A stretch of DNA of 64,000 nt from Nemertoderma westbladi (lineage: Eukaryota; Animalia; Xenacoelomorpha), in NCBI GenBank assembly GCA_032718475.1, contig JAUCBJ010007180.1:18159-82158 (forward strand), in the 5' to 3' direction. The notes beneath the pieces are model-generated. The model saw only the letters and a program-made list of their open reading frames with translations. It made no database searches and was not told the DNA's origin. Below, one piece after another: positions 1 to 13,452 of this stretch. The position numbers were made by a program, and so were the translations under genes. The stretch's first letter is position 1. Every line of letters begins with the position of its first letter.

Positions 1-3000
1 TTTTGTCGCCGTGAAAGGGGTATGACTGAGGCAAAAATAATTAATTTGTGAAAATATGGATGCGTTTCAGTGTCTTGGACCAGTACGCGCTAATCCTCGA
101 CAGTCAGCTGGACAGGGAATTAGCCAAGCCTATCTATAATGCACCAATAACCTAAAATAATCGCACCATCAACTCTGTTACCACCTAGCCCAAAACAGAA
201 GTCAGACCACAGAACACAGGAACACCATAGGCCTATGGTAAGTAAATATGTTACCAATGGGAAACTGGTGGAATGCTAGGGCACACACACAGTACAAAAT
301 TTAAATAAGATTTTATGATTTGCAGTAATGTCGGAATTCTGCTCCACTTTCATAAGATGATAATTGATGTTAACGACATACTGACTAACAGGGGGTTGGT
401 ATGTATATATTAAATTAAATTAAAGGAAGAACAGGAGTCTTACACCCCCAATAAAAATATAGAATCAGTACATTTAGCCCAAAATATTTCTCGACCCCTA
501 GGGTCATCGAAGAACAACAAACACACAAACACAAAACAAATATAAATACATGCTAAACATACAGGTATGTGTCGCAACCCTAACCCTAAGCCTACCCGCC
601 ATGCACTAAATGATACCGTTAATAAACTGCACAATAGCTAAGCCTATATTATATAAGAAAATATATGACAATTTTGTCGCCGTGAAAGGGGTATGACTGA
701 GGCAAAAATAATTAATTTGTGAAAATATGGTTGCGTTTCAGTGTCTTGGACCAGTACGCGCTAATCCTCGACACCTCGACAGCTGGACAGGGAATTAGCC
801 AAGCCTATCTAAATGCACCAATGACCTAAAATAATCGCACCATCAACTCTGTTACCACCTAGCCCAAAACAGAAGTCAGACCACAGAACACAGGAACCCC
901 ATAGGCCTATGGTAAGTAAATATGTTACCAATGGGAAACTGGTGGAATGCTAGGGCACACACACAGTACAAAATTTAAATAAGATTTTATGATTTGCAGT
1001 AATGTCGGAATTCTGCTCCACTTTCATAAGATGATAATTGATGTTAACGACATACTGACTAACAGGGGGTTGGTATGTATATATTAAATTAAATTAAAGG
1101 AAGAACAGGAGTCTTACACCCCCAATAAAAATATAGAATCAGTACATTTAGCCCAAAATATTTCTCGACCCCTAGGGTCATCGAAGAACAACAAACACAC
1201 AAACACAAAACAAATATAAATACATGCTAAACATACAGGTATGTGTCGCAACCCTAACCCTAAGCCTACCCGCCATGCACTAAATGATACCGTTAATAAA
1301 CTGCACAATAGCTAAGCCTATATTATATAAGAAAATATATGACAATTTTGTCGCCGTGAAAGGGGTATGACTGAGGCAAAAATAATTAATTTGTGAAAAT
1401 ATGGATGCGTTTCAGTGTCTTGGACCAGTACGCGCTAATCCTCAACACCTCGTCAGCTGGACAGGGAATTAGCCAAGCCTATCTATAATGCACCAATAAC
1501 CTAAAATAATCGCACCATCAACTCTGTTACCACCTAGCCCAAAACAGAAGTCAGACCACAGAACACAGGAACCCCATAGGCCTATGGTAAGTAAATATGT
1601 TACCAATGGGAAACTGGTGGAATGCTAGGGCACACACACAGTACAAAATTTAAATAAGATTTTATGATTTGCAGTAATGTCGGAATTCTGCTCCACTTTC
1701 ATAAGATGATAATTGATGTTAACGACATACTGACTAACAGGGGGTTGGTATGTATATATTAAATTAAATTAAAGGAAGAACAGGAGTCTTACACCCCCAA
1801 TAAAAATATAGAATCAGGACATTTAGCCCAAAATATTTCTCGACCCCTAGGGTCATTGAAGAACAACAAACACACAAACACAAAACAAATATAAATACAT
1901 GCTAAACATACAGGTATGTGTCGCAACCCTAACCCTAAGCCTACCCGCCATGCACTAAATGATACCGTTAATAAACTGCACAATAGCTAAGCCTATATTA
2001 TATAAGAAAATATATGACAATTTTGTCGCCGTGAAAGGGGTATGACTGAGGCAAAAATAATTAATTTGTGAAAATATGGTTGCGTTTCAGTGTCTTGGAC
2101 CAGTACGCGCTAATCCTCGACACCTCGTCAGCTGGACAGGGAATTAGCCAAGCCTATCTATAATGCACCAATGACCTAAAATAATCGCACCATCAACTCT
2201 GTTACCACCTAGCCCAAAACAGAAGTCAGACCACAGAACACAGGAACCCCATAGGCCTATGGTAAGTAAATATGTTACCAATGGGAAACTGGTGGAATGC
2301 TAGGGCACACACACAGTACAAAATTTAAATAAGATTTTATGATTTGCAGTAATGTCGGAATTCTGCTCCACTTTCATAAGATGATAATTGATGTTAACAA
2401 CATACTGACTAACAGGGGGTTGGTATGTATATATTAAATTAAATTAAAGGAAGAACAGGAGTCTTACACCCCCAATAAAAATATAGAATCAGGACATTTA
2501 GCCCAAAATATTTCTCGACCCCTAGGGTCATCGAAGAACAACAAACACACAAACACAAAACAAATATAAATACATGCTAAACATACAGGTATGTGTCGCA
2601 ACCCTAACCCTAAGCCTACCCGCCATGCACTAAATGATACCGTTAATAAACTGCACAATAGCTAAGCCTATATTATATAAGAAAATATATGACAATTTTG
2701 TCGCCGTGAAAGGGGTATGACTGAGGCAAAAATAATTAATTTGTGAAAATATGGTTGCGTTTCAGTGTCTTGGACCAGTACGCGCTAATCCTTGACACCT
2801 CGTCAGCTGGACAGGGAATTAGCCAAGCCTATCTATAATGCACCAATGACCTAAAATAATCGCACCATCAACTCTGTTACCACCTAGCCCAAAACAGAAG
2901 TCAGACCACAGAACACAGGAACCCCATAGGCCTATGGTAAGTAAATATGTTACCAATGGGAAACTGGTGGAATGCTAGGGCACACACACAGTACAAAATT

Positions 3001-3015
3001 TAAATAAGATTTTAT
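1..3015. repeat. Tandem array of ~675-bp units (~4.5 copies, open at the left edge)
   Basis: Unit start TTTTGTCGCCGTGAAAGGGG recurs at 1, 672, 1346, 2021 and 2696. Copies differ by a few substitutions and indels. The array ends abruptly at ...AAGATTTTAT 3015. Confidence 0.97.
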
Positions 3016-3262
3016 ATACAGCTGTGATTGGCTGCTAAATATTTGACATCACTACGCAGTGCTCCAATAATTTCTTATATTGTTTTCTATGCCATTAATA
3101 TATACATTTAATCTCAATCATTTCACACGCCCGTATATCAATTGAAAGCGGAGAATCTTGCGCGTCTTTTTACACCACAATTAATTAAATTCATGATGAC
3201 GAACATTGATTAAATTAATCAATTCACAATTATAAACTTGCAGATTGCCTGGCCTTGTATGC

Positions 3263-3495
3263 AAGCACTCAACCATTTAGCCCTAGCCACCTATTACATT
3301 GCAGTATCGGATTAGGCCTAATGCTGTATTGTTGCTTAAGTTCATTAAGTTGAGTAAACCTCTGTACCACTCTTACACAACCGGTGACCGGTACACATTT
3401 CAACTTAATTAACTTAAAGCTGCAATACTGTACAGCAATACTCCGATACTAATGCATAATGCAATAGGTTGATAGGGCTAAGTGGTTGAGTGCTT
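3263..3495. repeat. Imperfect fold-back / MITE-like inverted repeat
   Basis: AAGCACTCAACCATTTAGCCCT (3263) pairs with AGGGCTAAGTGGTTGAGTGCTT (ends 3495). Inner arms TTAAGTTCATTAAGTTGA and TCAACTTAATTAACTTAA also pair. Confidence 0.7.
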
Positions 3496-4249
3496 ATTGT
3501 CCAGATTCTCAATAATGTTCGACTATAGAGACCTACCTGGGTTTGGTGTCTAGAAAATGTCTTTGGTCTCGATGTAATGGCGATATTATATTAATCAAGT
3601 AACACGGAAGCAAATAAATTGAATTTAACAGTAGAATATCAAATATTATAACAAATAATTATAATAATATTATTGATAAAGAACAAAATACAAACAAACA
3701 AACGAAGTAATAATTTCCAGTCATTTAAAGTTAACCGGGGTTTTTACTCCTCACATGTGTAAAGTACGATGCTACAAAACAATTAATGTTAAAGAGAATA
3801 GAGTAAGGGCAATGCATTGAGCCTGTAGCTTTATAGTAGTAGTAGTTTTATTGACCTAATATATATAACATTATACATAATTATAATATGATAGCGCAAG
3901 CACAACAATAACATATAGTCACACTGTTGACAATACTGGAAAAAAATCTTCAACCATTAATTAAGTCCATCTAATAGTAGTCGTTTAAAAATTATATAAC
4001 TTCACAAAAAGAAAAAAAAAAAAAATTGAATATTAATAGGTATCGGAGTATGTAAAGCCTGTAATACTTAGTACTGACCTCTGTATAATTGATACAGACA
4101 ACTTTATATTATTGCTAACTGCTAAATATATATCTCTAATACTTCTGTGATAAAACGGCACAAATAAGTATTATTTTTGTTAGAACAAAATAAATTGCTT
4201 AGACTTATACTAGTGGAATTTATTTCCTTATATTTAGCTCGTAATTGAT

Positions 4250-7030
4250 TAGTTAGTGGGCAATGTAGTAGGACGTGGGTTTCGTCTTGGATTGAGTTGT
4301 CGCACTGGCAAACTCAGAGCTCGCGTGGTTTGTGACTCCACCTTCCCGTTTCGACAGCTAGCCTGTGGGACATTAGTCTTATGCGACTAAAGCTAATTCT
4401 GAGGTTGTCTGGAACATATTGGGTACGATTCCTATAAATATCGTGACACTTCAGGTCCGGGTTCAATGTGTTGCGATATGTCAGGTACTTCGTTGCCACA
4501 GTGGGTTTTTCCAGGATTCTAGAACGAACTGTCGCCCAGGGGTCTGTATCGTCAAATCCCAATCATTCTGAATAAAGTGAAATCCAGGCGATTGACACAT
4601 TTCAATCCACATTTCAATGGCGCCTTGCACCTTTCAATAATTCAACAATTAAACGGGATTTCCATATCCGGGTTCTTAAGAATCGTTGTTATAAATGTCT
4701 TCCTAGCGTGCAATATTCGATATGACAATGGGGCAATGCCAGCTTCCATAAGGCACAGGTCAATTTGGTGTTTGAATACGAACTGATAGTAAGCATTTTA
4801 CCATTATATCGAAATACGTCTGTGTTACTCCAGTGCTGTCTGTAAACCATGATTCTGCACTATACAATAGCAAGGCCATCACGCAGGCTTCAAAGACTTG
4901 TCACTTGAATACAAACGGGACCCTATAATTTTTTGCACAAAAAATCGCAAATTTGTTCGCTGTTTCCTCCAACTTTGGTTCCAACAATTTAAACAGTGAT
5001 TGGTATCGGCCATCTCCTGTGAACATTGCGCCCAAATAAATATAATGTGTACACAGCTTAATAGTACAGTAGTGCCGTCGTAAGTTATCGGCTTACAAAC
5101 TTATTCGTTCCCATTAATGACGAAGAATTTTGTCTTTTTATCGTTTATTGACATGCCGTACAACTCACAATATTTGAATAAGTGAATATGTGAATAATTG
5201 AATATTTGACTTTCGTTCTAAGGATTTTAGGGTACAGGCAACGGGGTACTCGATCATAAGCCTTACTGAAATCCACAAATAAGACAAATAATCTATACTT
5301 TTTAGAGATAGCTAAATCAATTAACAATCGACATATAATAGAGACATAGAGATAGAGACATATAATGTGCTCTAAGCAACCTCTTCCTTTCTGTGCACCT
5401 GCCTGACACTTGTCTAGAAAAGCCCATAACAGAAACCATTTAGCTATAATAATATCAATGCATTTAGCCACGCTGGTCATTATTGAGATTCCGCGAAAGT
5501 TTCCACATATACTTCTAACTCCACTCTTAAAGACTGTAAAGAATTTACTCGTGTTCCACAATGGTGGTGCCCAACTGTAGTCAAATATTGCGTTGAATAT
5601 GGATAAGAGTAGCAGTAGCCATGAGCCCGGTAGAGATCCTATTAAGCCAGGGCAAATTCCAACATACCCCTTATTTGTGTTCAAATCGACTATTGCTTCT
5701 CCCAACTCTTGTTTAGACACGGATCATCTAAAACTGGAACATAAGGCGATTCTTTGAGGTCTTCCAGAGCAAGCGGACTTGGAGTCGAAGGGTTTAGAAG
5801 CAATTCGAAATGGGCTTTGAACTCGATATCAGTTGGGATATCATCACCCCTGTTACCATCATCTCCGGTCAATGTTTCGTTCCAGTCGAGTGATTTCCAG
5901 ATAGTGTGACTGTCTTTCGCTAACACCAATCTTTCCCAGCGACTTGCCGTTTCCCCAAGTTCATCTCGTTCTTTAATAGGATGGTTAACGTACAGGTTCG
6001 CACTTGAGCTCACTGCATGTGACATTGTATCCAATGCATCCTGGATGCCGACTACGGAATCAAATCTTATCTCAGGTGGGTATAAGCTTTACCTCTGAAA
6101 TTGATATAAGATAATTGGTATCATATTGGTATATTAGCATATTGTCATATTATTAGCATATTATCATATCGGCATAATTGGTATAAGATTACCTCTGACA
6201 ACTTAGTACAGTCTACCATTTTATGCGAACGGGTTTTCCGATCCACTTTGAGAATCTCATATGTTGCAGATGAAAAAGACTGCTCTGCACGCTGTAGAAG
6301 GAAATCGATATCAGGGTGAAACCAAGTCGATGAGTCGAGAGAAACACAAACTGGTGCATGATCTGATCCACTAAAAGTCTTGTCAACATGAACATTAGAA
6401 ACGAATGGTAGGCAGGGCCAGTTTGTGATACAAAGATCCAATTCAGAAACCCATCTCCTCCCTTTCTGGTATGACAATCCTCCACCTAACTGTGTTTCCT
6501 CTGTCTGTAGGTGATTATAAACAAGCGAATCTGTAGCGGCACATAAACCGAGTAAGTTTCGCCCGCTGGTATTTACAACTGTATCAACAATATTTACATA
6601 TTTCAGTTTCGCTAAGTTATTGTTTGGCAGCGACGGAGTCCCCTCCCAAGCATTAAAGTCTCCCACCACAATGCAAAATTTTTCTGTATTACATGTTAAT
6701 TTCCCATGTAATGATGCGAAAACGGCAGGGTTATAGTACGGCGAGTCGGATGGATCTAGCACCCACCGAGCAAAAGTTCAGGGAAACAAGTCAATCAAAA
6801 ACAGCCATATCTGCCCTTCCCTATCACAGTCGATCAATTTAACAAATGGTAGAAGATTTCTCTTCAGTAGTAGCAGTGCCCCTCCACGATGAGCCGCAGG
6901 TTTTGAACGGCTCATAAAGCACTCATAACCCGCAACCACAACTTTTCCAACAGTTTTAGTTTCGAACAAAAAAACGATATCAAAATCAGAGATCCTATTA
7001 ATAATTGTAGTCCTTTAGTCCTGCAATATT
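4250..7030 (-). pseudogene. LINE ORF2 remnant (APE endonuclease + RT + C-terminal Cys/His motif)
   Basis: Endonuclease motifs: FETK, GGALLL, VGDFNA, ELDLCI, SDHAPV. RT motifs: NFRGISI, QAGAQKGRG, FVDFSKAYDRV. C-terminal SHRLAVETGRW...C.C...DETHVLLHC. Many stops and frameshifts. The RT core (QG/YADD region) is missing, replaced by unrelated sequence at ~5145-5240. Confidence 0.85.
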
Positions 7031-7099
7031 CCAGCTACATATTGAAACAGATTCTAAATTGCTCTGCTGCGCTGCACAATCCTAGCGGAGCTACACATT

Positions 7100-7808
7100 A
7101 AACTTATCGATAACAATGCCATCCCTTAACACCACTCGTCACCTATAATCATAGTGGATTTCCGAGCCTTCATTTCCAGCTTTCAATCGCTCATCGTGAA
7201 CACAATAATGTAACCGAGCTTCTTCCTTCCTTATTAGGGGGTGCTCATCCTTCCGAATATAAACTTTCGCATAGGACTGAGAGTCCTTTAGATTCTTTGC
7301 AGATTTTAAAACATCTGTTCGCGTTTTCAGATTGCGGAAGCACACCAACAGGGGCCTGCACCTCGCACTGCCTGTAACATTGCTGGGGTGGGTATGGTTC
7401 CTGTTGCCTAGCCTTGACACTTCCAATTCATCTGCCGCGGTAGGACAATTTATAGCTTGAAGAATAGATTTCACTCGATCTTTGTTTCCCGTGTCAGTTT
7501 CGGATTCATGTTCTGAAACCCCGGAAAAAAACGAGATTATGACTACGCTCCTTGGAATCAGCATCATCCAGGTATGTCTGCTGGGCATTGATGATCTTAT
7601 AAGCTTGGTCGAGGTCTTTTGATAGTATATTGACAGTCTCTTTAAGTGCGGAGATTTGCCGGACCTCCTTGCGAAGAACCTTGATCTCGCGCAGGATAGT
7701 TTCAAGTCCACAATTAATTCCACCATCATGATTATGGGATGAGGCGATGGTACCACCGTTGCTTGGTCCTGCACTCCGTATAAACCTAACGCCAATTCTA
7801 TTGCACAT
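7100..7808 (-). pseudogene. LINE ORF1 remnant (coiled coil + RRM-type ORF1p), frameshifted
   Basis: Coiled-coil segment LREIKVLRKEVRQISALKE, then RSHNLVFF/SGVSE...RLG...RPLLVCF...KVYIRKD, the pattern of CR1/L2-type ORF1. Split across ORFs 7506-7808 and 7139-7795. Confidence 0.7.
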
Positions 7809-10800
7809 TAGTCAGTTTGTTTATTTGAGAGTCAGATAACACTCGAACATCATTTAGAGTATTGATTGTTACGGAGACCGACTTTTTAGATTTTTCTTGT
7901 GCCATTTACAATAATTAATTATATTTATTGTAGTCCTGCAGTCCACAGTCAGGCTTGATGAAGACCCTATATAATACATTGCCGAGACCATACAATGGGT
8001 AATAGCAACCAATAGCCAGCCTATGGAGCTGCAGAAACTGAACTGGTAGTCACGCGATGAGCATATAGCATATACACCCATACTAATGTGCAGTAACGCC
8101 GCCTAGACTTACAAATCCGGTATTTAAGTCAAGTTGACTGTATATATATATAACAAAGCTAGGTGGCATCAGGCCACAATCAACCTATATCAGGCCACAA
8201 TCAACCTTAACAATGTAAATGGAACCTTAAACTTAAATCGAGCGAAATAAGTAAACGAAAACCGCAAAGAACACTTTTGCATTAACACCCCGGAATGGCA
8301 CATTACGGTAGATGCTATCTTCCAACTGGGAAGATAGCATGGGGGGGAGTGTTAGCGGATCCAATTCAATATGCATTTCCGACCCACAAAATGGGAGGGG
8401 GAGCCAATTTACCAAGTTGGCCATTAAGGTATCCAATAGGGCATATCAGAAAGAAGATGATGCAATAGGGCCAGCTGAGCAGTGGATTAACAATCCACCT
8501 TTGTGGCTAGAGGCTAACAAAGGGCCTAAGGGAGGTAGATTCAGGGCGTACGTGGTGAGCTGACCAATGGGAGGCCAGGACATGTCGGGTTTTAAGAAGT
8601 GTATCAGTTGGATGCCAATAATGTGTAAGCCTAAAAGCAATGTATTTCCCGTTTGTGTATGTATATATTAACGGTTATGAGGTTTGGTTTATTGTCCAGT
8701 TGGCCTTTATTCCATGTAAAGGTAAAATAGTTTTCCACCGCTACGCTATGCTGTTGTAAGAGGATTCAATTCTGCCGCATTACCCTCATAAAATGGAAAG
8801 TGGCGTTTTCAGTAATATATTGGAGATACGAGATTAGCAGTAACTAATCTTGTATCACAACCAACATCGGGGACTACACAAACCCCAAAGCCACACAAAA
8901 GGAGGTCAGAGGTCAAACCACCTCGGAAGGGGTGACAGCTAGCAGGGGCCAGTGACAGGGGGGAAACACTCCCAGAGAGTGGAGAGGCGTGAAGTAGGTT
9001 GTTAGCCAATAGGGGCGAGGGAGAACATCCACTAGGTGAAAGGCCACAGTAGTATAGAAGTAATTATACATATATTATGCCGTTACCGGTCTGGTTATTC
9101 AGTTACTTAGTTATTGGTTTCTAGTGCAGACCGGTGACATCCTTCACCATCACCAATACTGCTATACCGCATACCATACCGGTTTGATTATTCACTACTC
9201 TATTGTGCTATTATTATTAGGCTACTATTATTGTGCTACTATTATTACTACTATTATTACATCAAGAGACAACATCGAACTCCCATTGTTTTTCCCACAT
9301 CGGCCTCGGCCAAGCTGCCAGCACCACCCCTAGGACAAAACGGTGACGCGTAATTACTTTATCCGGTCGGGATCCCTTGATCCTGTCACAGTGAAGGATT
9401 CCCAACTGTACTGAACTGTGACTGCCAGATGCCAGCAAAGATGAGCACAGGAGAACCCCGATTATTAGAGGGAGAGAGAACGCCGCCGCGGACCCTGGAC
9501 GACACCAACCAAACGATCCAGCCCCGACGAGACGGTATCGGCCAGCGACGCCGGATTCGCCAACGAGGGACGATCCGGTAGCCCAAGCGGAGGGCGGCCG
9601 TCTACCACGAGGAAGGGACGAGTTGACGCACGATGGCGGTCGGAGTACCGAAGTCGCCGGCCAGCCACAGGCCAAGGGCGACGGACGGCCCACCGGAACG
9701 GCGATGGTGGGGCCGCCGGTACGACGCCGGACCAGGAGAGGAGGAGGAGATGTCGGCGAAGAGGACGTCGGGACCAGCGATCGGCTACGACGGGCCTACA
9801 ATGACACCAAGAAACTATTACAGGAGGCCAGAGAGGGAGGAAAGGTAAACCAGAGAAAGTTAAACCAATGGCTAGGTGAGTCGAATAAACACTTTTGGTA
9901 TCTAGTTCGTTTTGGGCAGGGAGAACTGGCGAGTGAGAGAGCAAGGGGGGTCGCCACCGAACTATTCGAACTGTGGCGATCCGGGGTTATGGAGCCTGAA
10001 ATAGTGTACATAGGGCCGTATTTAGCAGATGCCAGGGGAATTAAGCTAGTGGGCTGGGCAGATCCGCACGAGGGCGAACCCGAGGTTAACCCCGAGGATT
10101 CGGTCTCGTCCCAGAAAGCGGGGGAAAGTTAGTAGGACAGAGAGGCGACGGGAGTCCGTCGCGACCGATAAGTCCGCTACATCCTCCGCAAAAGAAAGAA
10201 GGGTGTTAGAAATAGATCTGGCGTGTCAATTAGACATGGTGGCGCTAGACCAGAAAGAATTAGAGAGGCAGTCGGGTGAGGGAACTGCGTTGTTAGAGAA
10301 AGAGAGGGAGTTGGCGAGGGAGTGTAGAGAGAGGGCCGAGAGGGTGGCGAGAAATTGTAGAGAGCAAGAAGAGAGAGAGGCAGAGGAACGTAAAGAGCGA
10401 GAGACGAGAGTAGAGAACGAGCGTAGAGAGTGGGTGGTGAGAGAAACAGAATTAGCGAACCAGAGTTTACGAGAGGATAGAGAGAGAGAGCGGGAAAGCG
10501 CATGCGGGATGATATGCATGCCCGGTTAAGGGGGCTTATGCAATATCAGGCCAAGCAGAAGTGCCGACTAGAACTGGCGCAATTGGGATTATTTGAGTGT
10601 GAGGCTGGCTCGGGTAGTATTTATGAGGAGCCATAAGTAATGGAAACGTTTGTTAATACCCCACTTACAGGCACCGGACGACAGAACCAGAACTCTTCCA
10701 GGCAATCAGAATATCCAGCTTTAGGAGTGCAACCTCAGCGAATTCACTGAGGAATTAACTCCAGGAGCCAAGGTCGAAGTCCATGAACAGAGAGCTCGAG

Positions 10801-11189
10801 TTCTGAAGGTGTGAATGGATAACGAGTTTGCACAACTACAACTTGACAGACTATAACTTAACAAACCCGATGGACAAAAGCATCAAGAAATGGAGACAAA
10901 AAGGGAAGTGCAAGTGTGAAAAGGAGAGGCCGAAAACGGAAAAGAGAAGCAGAAATGAAAGTGGATATGCAAAAGAGAGGCCGAAATGGAAGATCGAGAC
11001 GCAAAAAGAAGAGCGGAGATGATAGTGCATCATAGGGTCCAGAATTCTAAGCAATCTGCTTCAGGTAGGTGGCACTCTGATAGCCAAGACTGGTAGCCAA
11101 CCTCTTATCCTGCTGCACCTGCAAAAGGACAGTTGATTGGATACTGGCAACAGGCAGGGACATACTTGGACTGCCCAAACAATCCTGTT

Positions 11190-11640
11190 GTATGCACAAC
11201 TCTTTGTAACCACTTTGCATTCCTGATGACCGATCCTGAAAAGGATTGCGAAAGGCGAGTGGACATGCGGAGGGTCAAAAGTCTTGACAGGGTTAGACTT
11301 GGACTTCCCAAGTAGTCTGCTGTCTGGCGTTATTACGACCCTGGAAAGGACTCAGAATGAGCTGGTAGCAGTGGATCCGCAAAGAAACAACAGACACTGA
11401 GCCAAGCCACTCTGCATTCCTGATGACCAATCCTGAAAGGGATTGCAAGGGGCAAGCAGACACACAGAGGGTCAAAAAGCTCAAACTACTAGACTAGGAC
11501 TGCCCAAGCAGTCTGCCTTTCTGGTGTTATTACGGGTATTATTATCTGGTGTTACGTGATGTTAAGTGTTAGCAGTGGATCTGTGGAGGAATGACAGACA
11601 CTGAGCCAATCCGCTTTGATTTCCTGATGACCGATATACG
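11190..11640. repeat. ~200-bp degenerate direct repeats inside the LTR relic
   Basis: TTCCTGATGACC recurs at ~11220, ~11417 and ~11620, with matching flanks (GACAGACACTGAGCCAA-like; TAGACT.GGACT.CCCAAG). Confidence 0.7.
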
Positions 11641-12037
11641 ACCACATAGTGATTACATACATATAGTGATACATGTCCGAGTTCGCTCGACCTAGTAGTA
11701 GTGATTACATAATCAATCACTTGCCAGATGACGAAGTGCACCTGTAGAGAGATACAAATTCCAGGGAAACTTTAAATGTTGTATTAGGGGGGAATGTTAC
11801 GAGATTATCCATATATGCATTTCACCACCCCAGAAACCAATATGTAACCCTACAAAGCCATCAGCCATTTAACGGCAGTAATAATCACCCACCAATAAGA
11901 GGATTACTACCTAACAAAGTCCAGATAGCAATAGTGCCTTGTAGCCAAACCAGGCAAGATCATTGTGTTGTGCAAACTATAATATTGCCATTCAGTAAAC
12001 GTATTATATGTATTGTTTATCAATTGCGCATAGATTG

Positions 12038-12105
12038 TAATAATAATAATAATAATAATTTATAGAGCGCCTATCTGGACATTATTTCATGGCGCTATTG
12101 TACAG
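12038..12105 (-). mobile_element. Very short 3' end of an L2-type LINE/SINE inserted in the LTR
   Basis: Minus strand reads TGTACAATAGCGCC...GGCGCTCTATAAAT(TAT)n, i.e. a 3' stem-loop plus short-repeat tail as in L2-clade ends. Confidence 0.6.
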
Positions 12106-12414
12106 GGGTTAGTCACTATTGGTGAACCCGTAATATTGTGCCACTGTCTTGTTAAGGCAAAACTAACTACATTGATTAGTCAAACATCGATTTGTCACAC
12201 ATTACTGCTGCTAATTAATGAGATCTGTAGTCAGGCAATAGCCATCATCAGAAGCCTGTAATAAGTTGGCATGTGCATCACCCAGAGTTAGTTCTCTTGA
12301 TGGAAATCACATAGAATATGTGAAACATATAAAAAATAGATATGGTTCAGTTGTATCAGTTGTGTTCAGTATGGATATTTGGTTCAGTTGTTGATTTCAT
12401 TGCTACAGTAAGCG

Positions 12415-12532
12415 CTACTAGTACTAGGATCGGCATGCTGCATTGCAGCTGCATTTTTAAGAATGCTGTGCCGGCTTATCGACAAAATTGCACCGCCACA
12501 ACTCCCTATCACCCATGACAATTGCTAGATCA
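12415..12532 (-). mobile_element. 5'-truncated RTE LINE 3' end (same family as 60204-60501)
   Basis: Near-identical to 60204-60321 (CTAGGATCGGCATGCTGCATTG...TTGCTAGATCA), with a (TAG)n-like tail on the minus strand. Confidence 0.85.
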
Positions 12533-12539
12533 CAAGGCA

Positions 12540-13347
12540 ACAACCACAAGGTTTTCATATCAACCCATTTTTATAGGTTATCTGGACCGCAGAGTCGATT
12601 GAAAGTAATATTGAAGTTTCCAATCTTAGTATAGTGGTACGTCATTATTGGTACACCACAATTAGGACGACAATTAAAACGCCGAAATACTAAGTCTTCT
12701 ATAATACTTTCAATTGATCCCGCGGTCCAGAAAACCTATAATTATGCGTTGAAATCTCAACTTTGATTTATTTTACGAATCTCATATTTTTCAATATTTG
12801 AAGTGCCGCACCCTAATTTTGGTGCTCCAAAAAGGACGATCAACTAAGTCCTCAGGCTTCGATAATATTTTCAATCGATTCAGCGGTCCAGAAAACCTAT
12901 AAAAACGCGTTGAAATCAAAAGATGGGGATATTTTCCGAATATCGTATTTTTAAAAATTTGAAGTGCCTCGCCCACTTATTAGTTGCACGAAAAATAGCA
13001 TCCAGTTCGATTTTCGGAAATGCAATATAATCACATTCGATTCAGCGTAGTGAAAAACCTACTAATGCTAGCCAACAATGCCACACTATCAGTTTTTAGA
13101 ATATCAAAAAAATGTATATTTTGTCCTGGGACTACTTCTATTTTTCATGAAAATTATTATACCCACCTTATCAAATTTTCATTTTTTTGGATTTGATAAT
13201 GTTCTTCGATAATTTTTTCACCTACAGCCCAAATTTGGTAGGATTTTATTGGATGATTACAAAAATACAGTGGGGGGGGGGGGGGGGCCGAATCGAGCCC
13301 CGCCAGTGCTGCTAATGGTCTAAACACCCCAGTGGTAATAGGGTTAA
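12540..13347. mobile_element. Non-autonomous DNA transposon fragment with piggyBac-like right end
   Basis: Ends ...GGGGCCGAATCGAGCCCCG...AATAGGG|TTAA. Internal repeated modules CGGTCCAGAAAACCTATAA occur in both orientations. Left end not found. Confidence 0.5.
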
Positions 13348-13452
13348 TATTCCGATAACCTAAAACAAATCAGTCATAACTAGGGCCTACTTAGTAGGAG
13401 TTGAAAGCATGAGTTGAGACACCGGCAGGTTGAGTTTCGCTGTGAAGTGAGT

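Larger units (their letters stand above)
3834..8050 (-). mobile_element. Decayed near-full-length APE-type LINE (ORF1 + endonuclease-RT ORF2; RTE-X/CR1-group-like)
   Basis: The minus strand ends in AATAAA followed by an (ACT)n tail at ~3834-3852. ORF2 and ORF1 fragments lie upstream in the expected order. The 5' boundary is approximate and the clade is tentative. Confidence 0.85.
8350..12135 (+). mobile_element. Degenerate LTR-retrotransposon relic(s), non-autonomous
   Basis: Polypurine tract + TGTTA at 8341-8354 and at 11786-11799, both followed by related ATATGCATTTC..ACCC. The second LTR has inverted ends TGTTACG...CGTAATA (11795-12135). The internal region has GC-rich gag-like/coiled-coil ORFs (9623-10132, 10203-10529) and no pol. 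Confidence 0.45.

Noticed and set aside
225-330. Spliced-leader RNA gene array (ATG|GTAAG in a tandem unit)
   Set aside because: No convincing Sm site within ~100 nt downstream of the donor, and no recognisable leader sequence.
576-590. Telomere repeat AACCCTAACCCTAA
   Set aside because: Only about two units per monomer, so not a telomeric array.
440-2658. Four near-identical 64-aa minus-strand ORFs
   Set aside because: They simply follow the satellite unit, use a non-ATG start and have low-complexity composition (GLGLGL comes from the AACCCT repeat).
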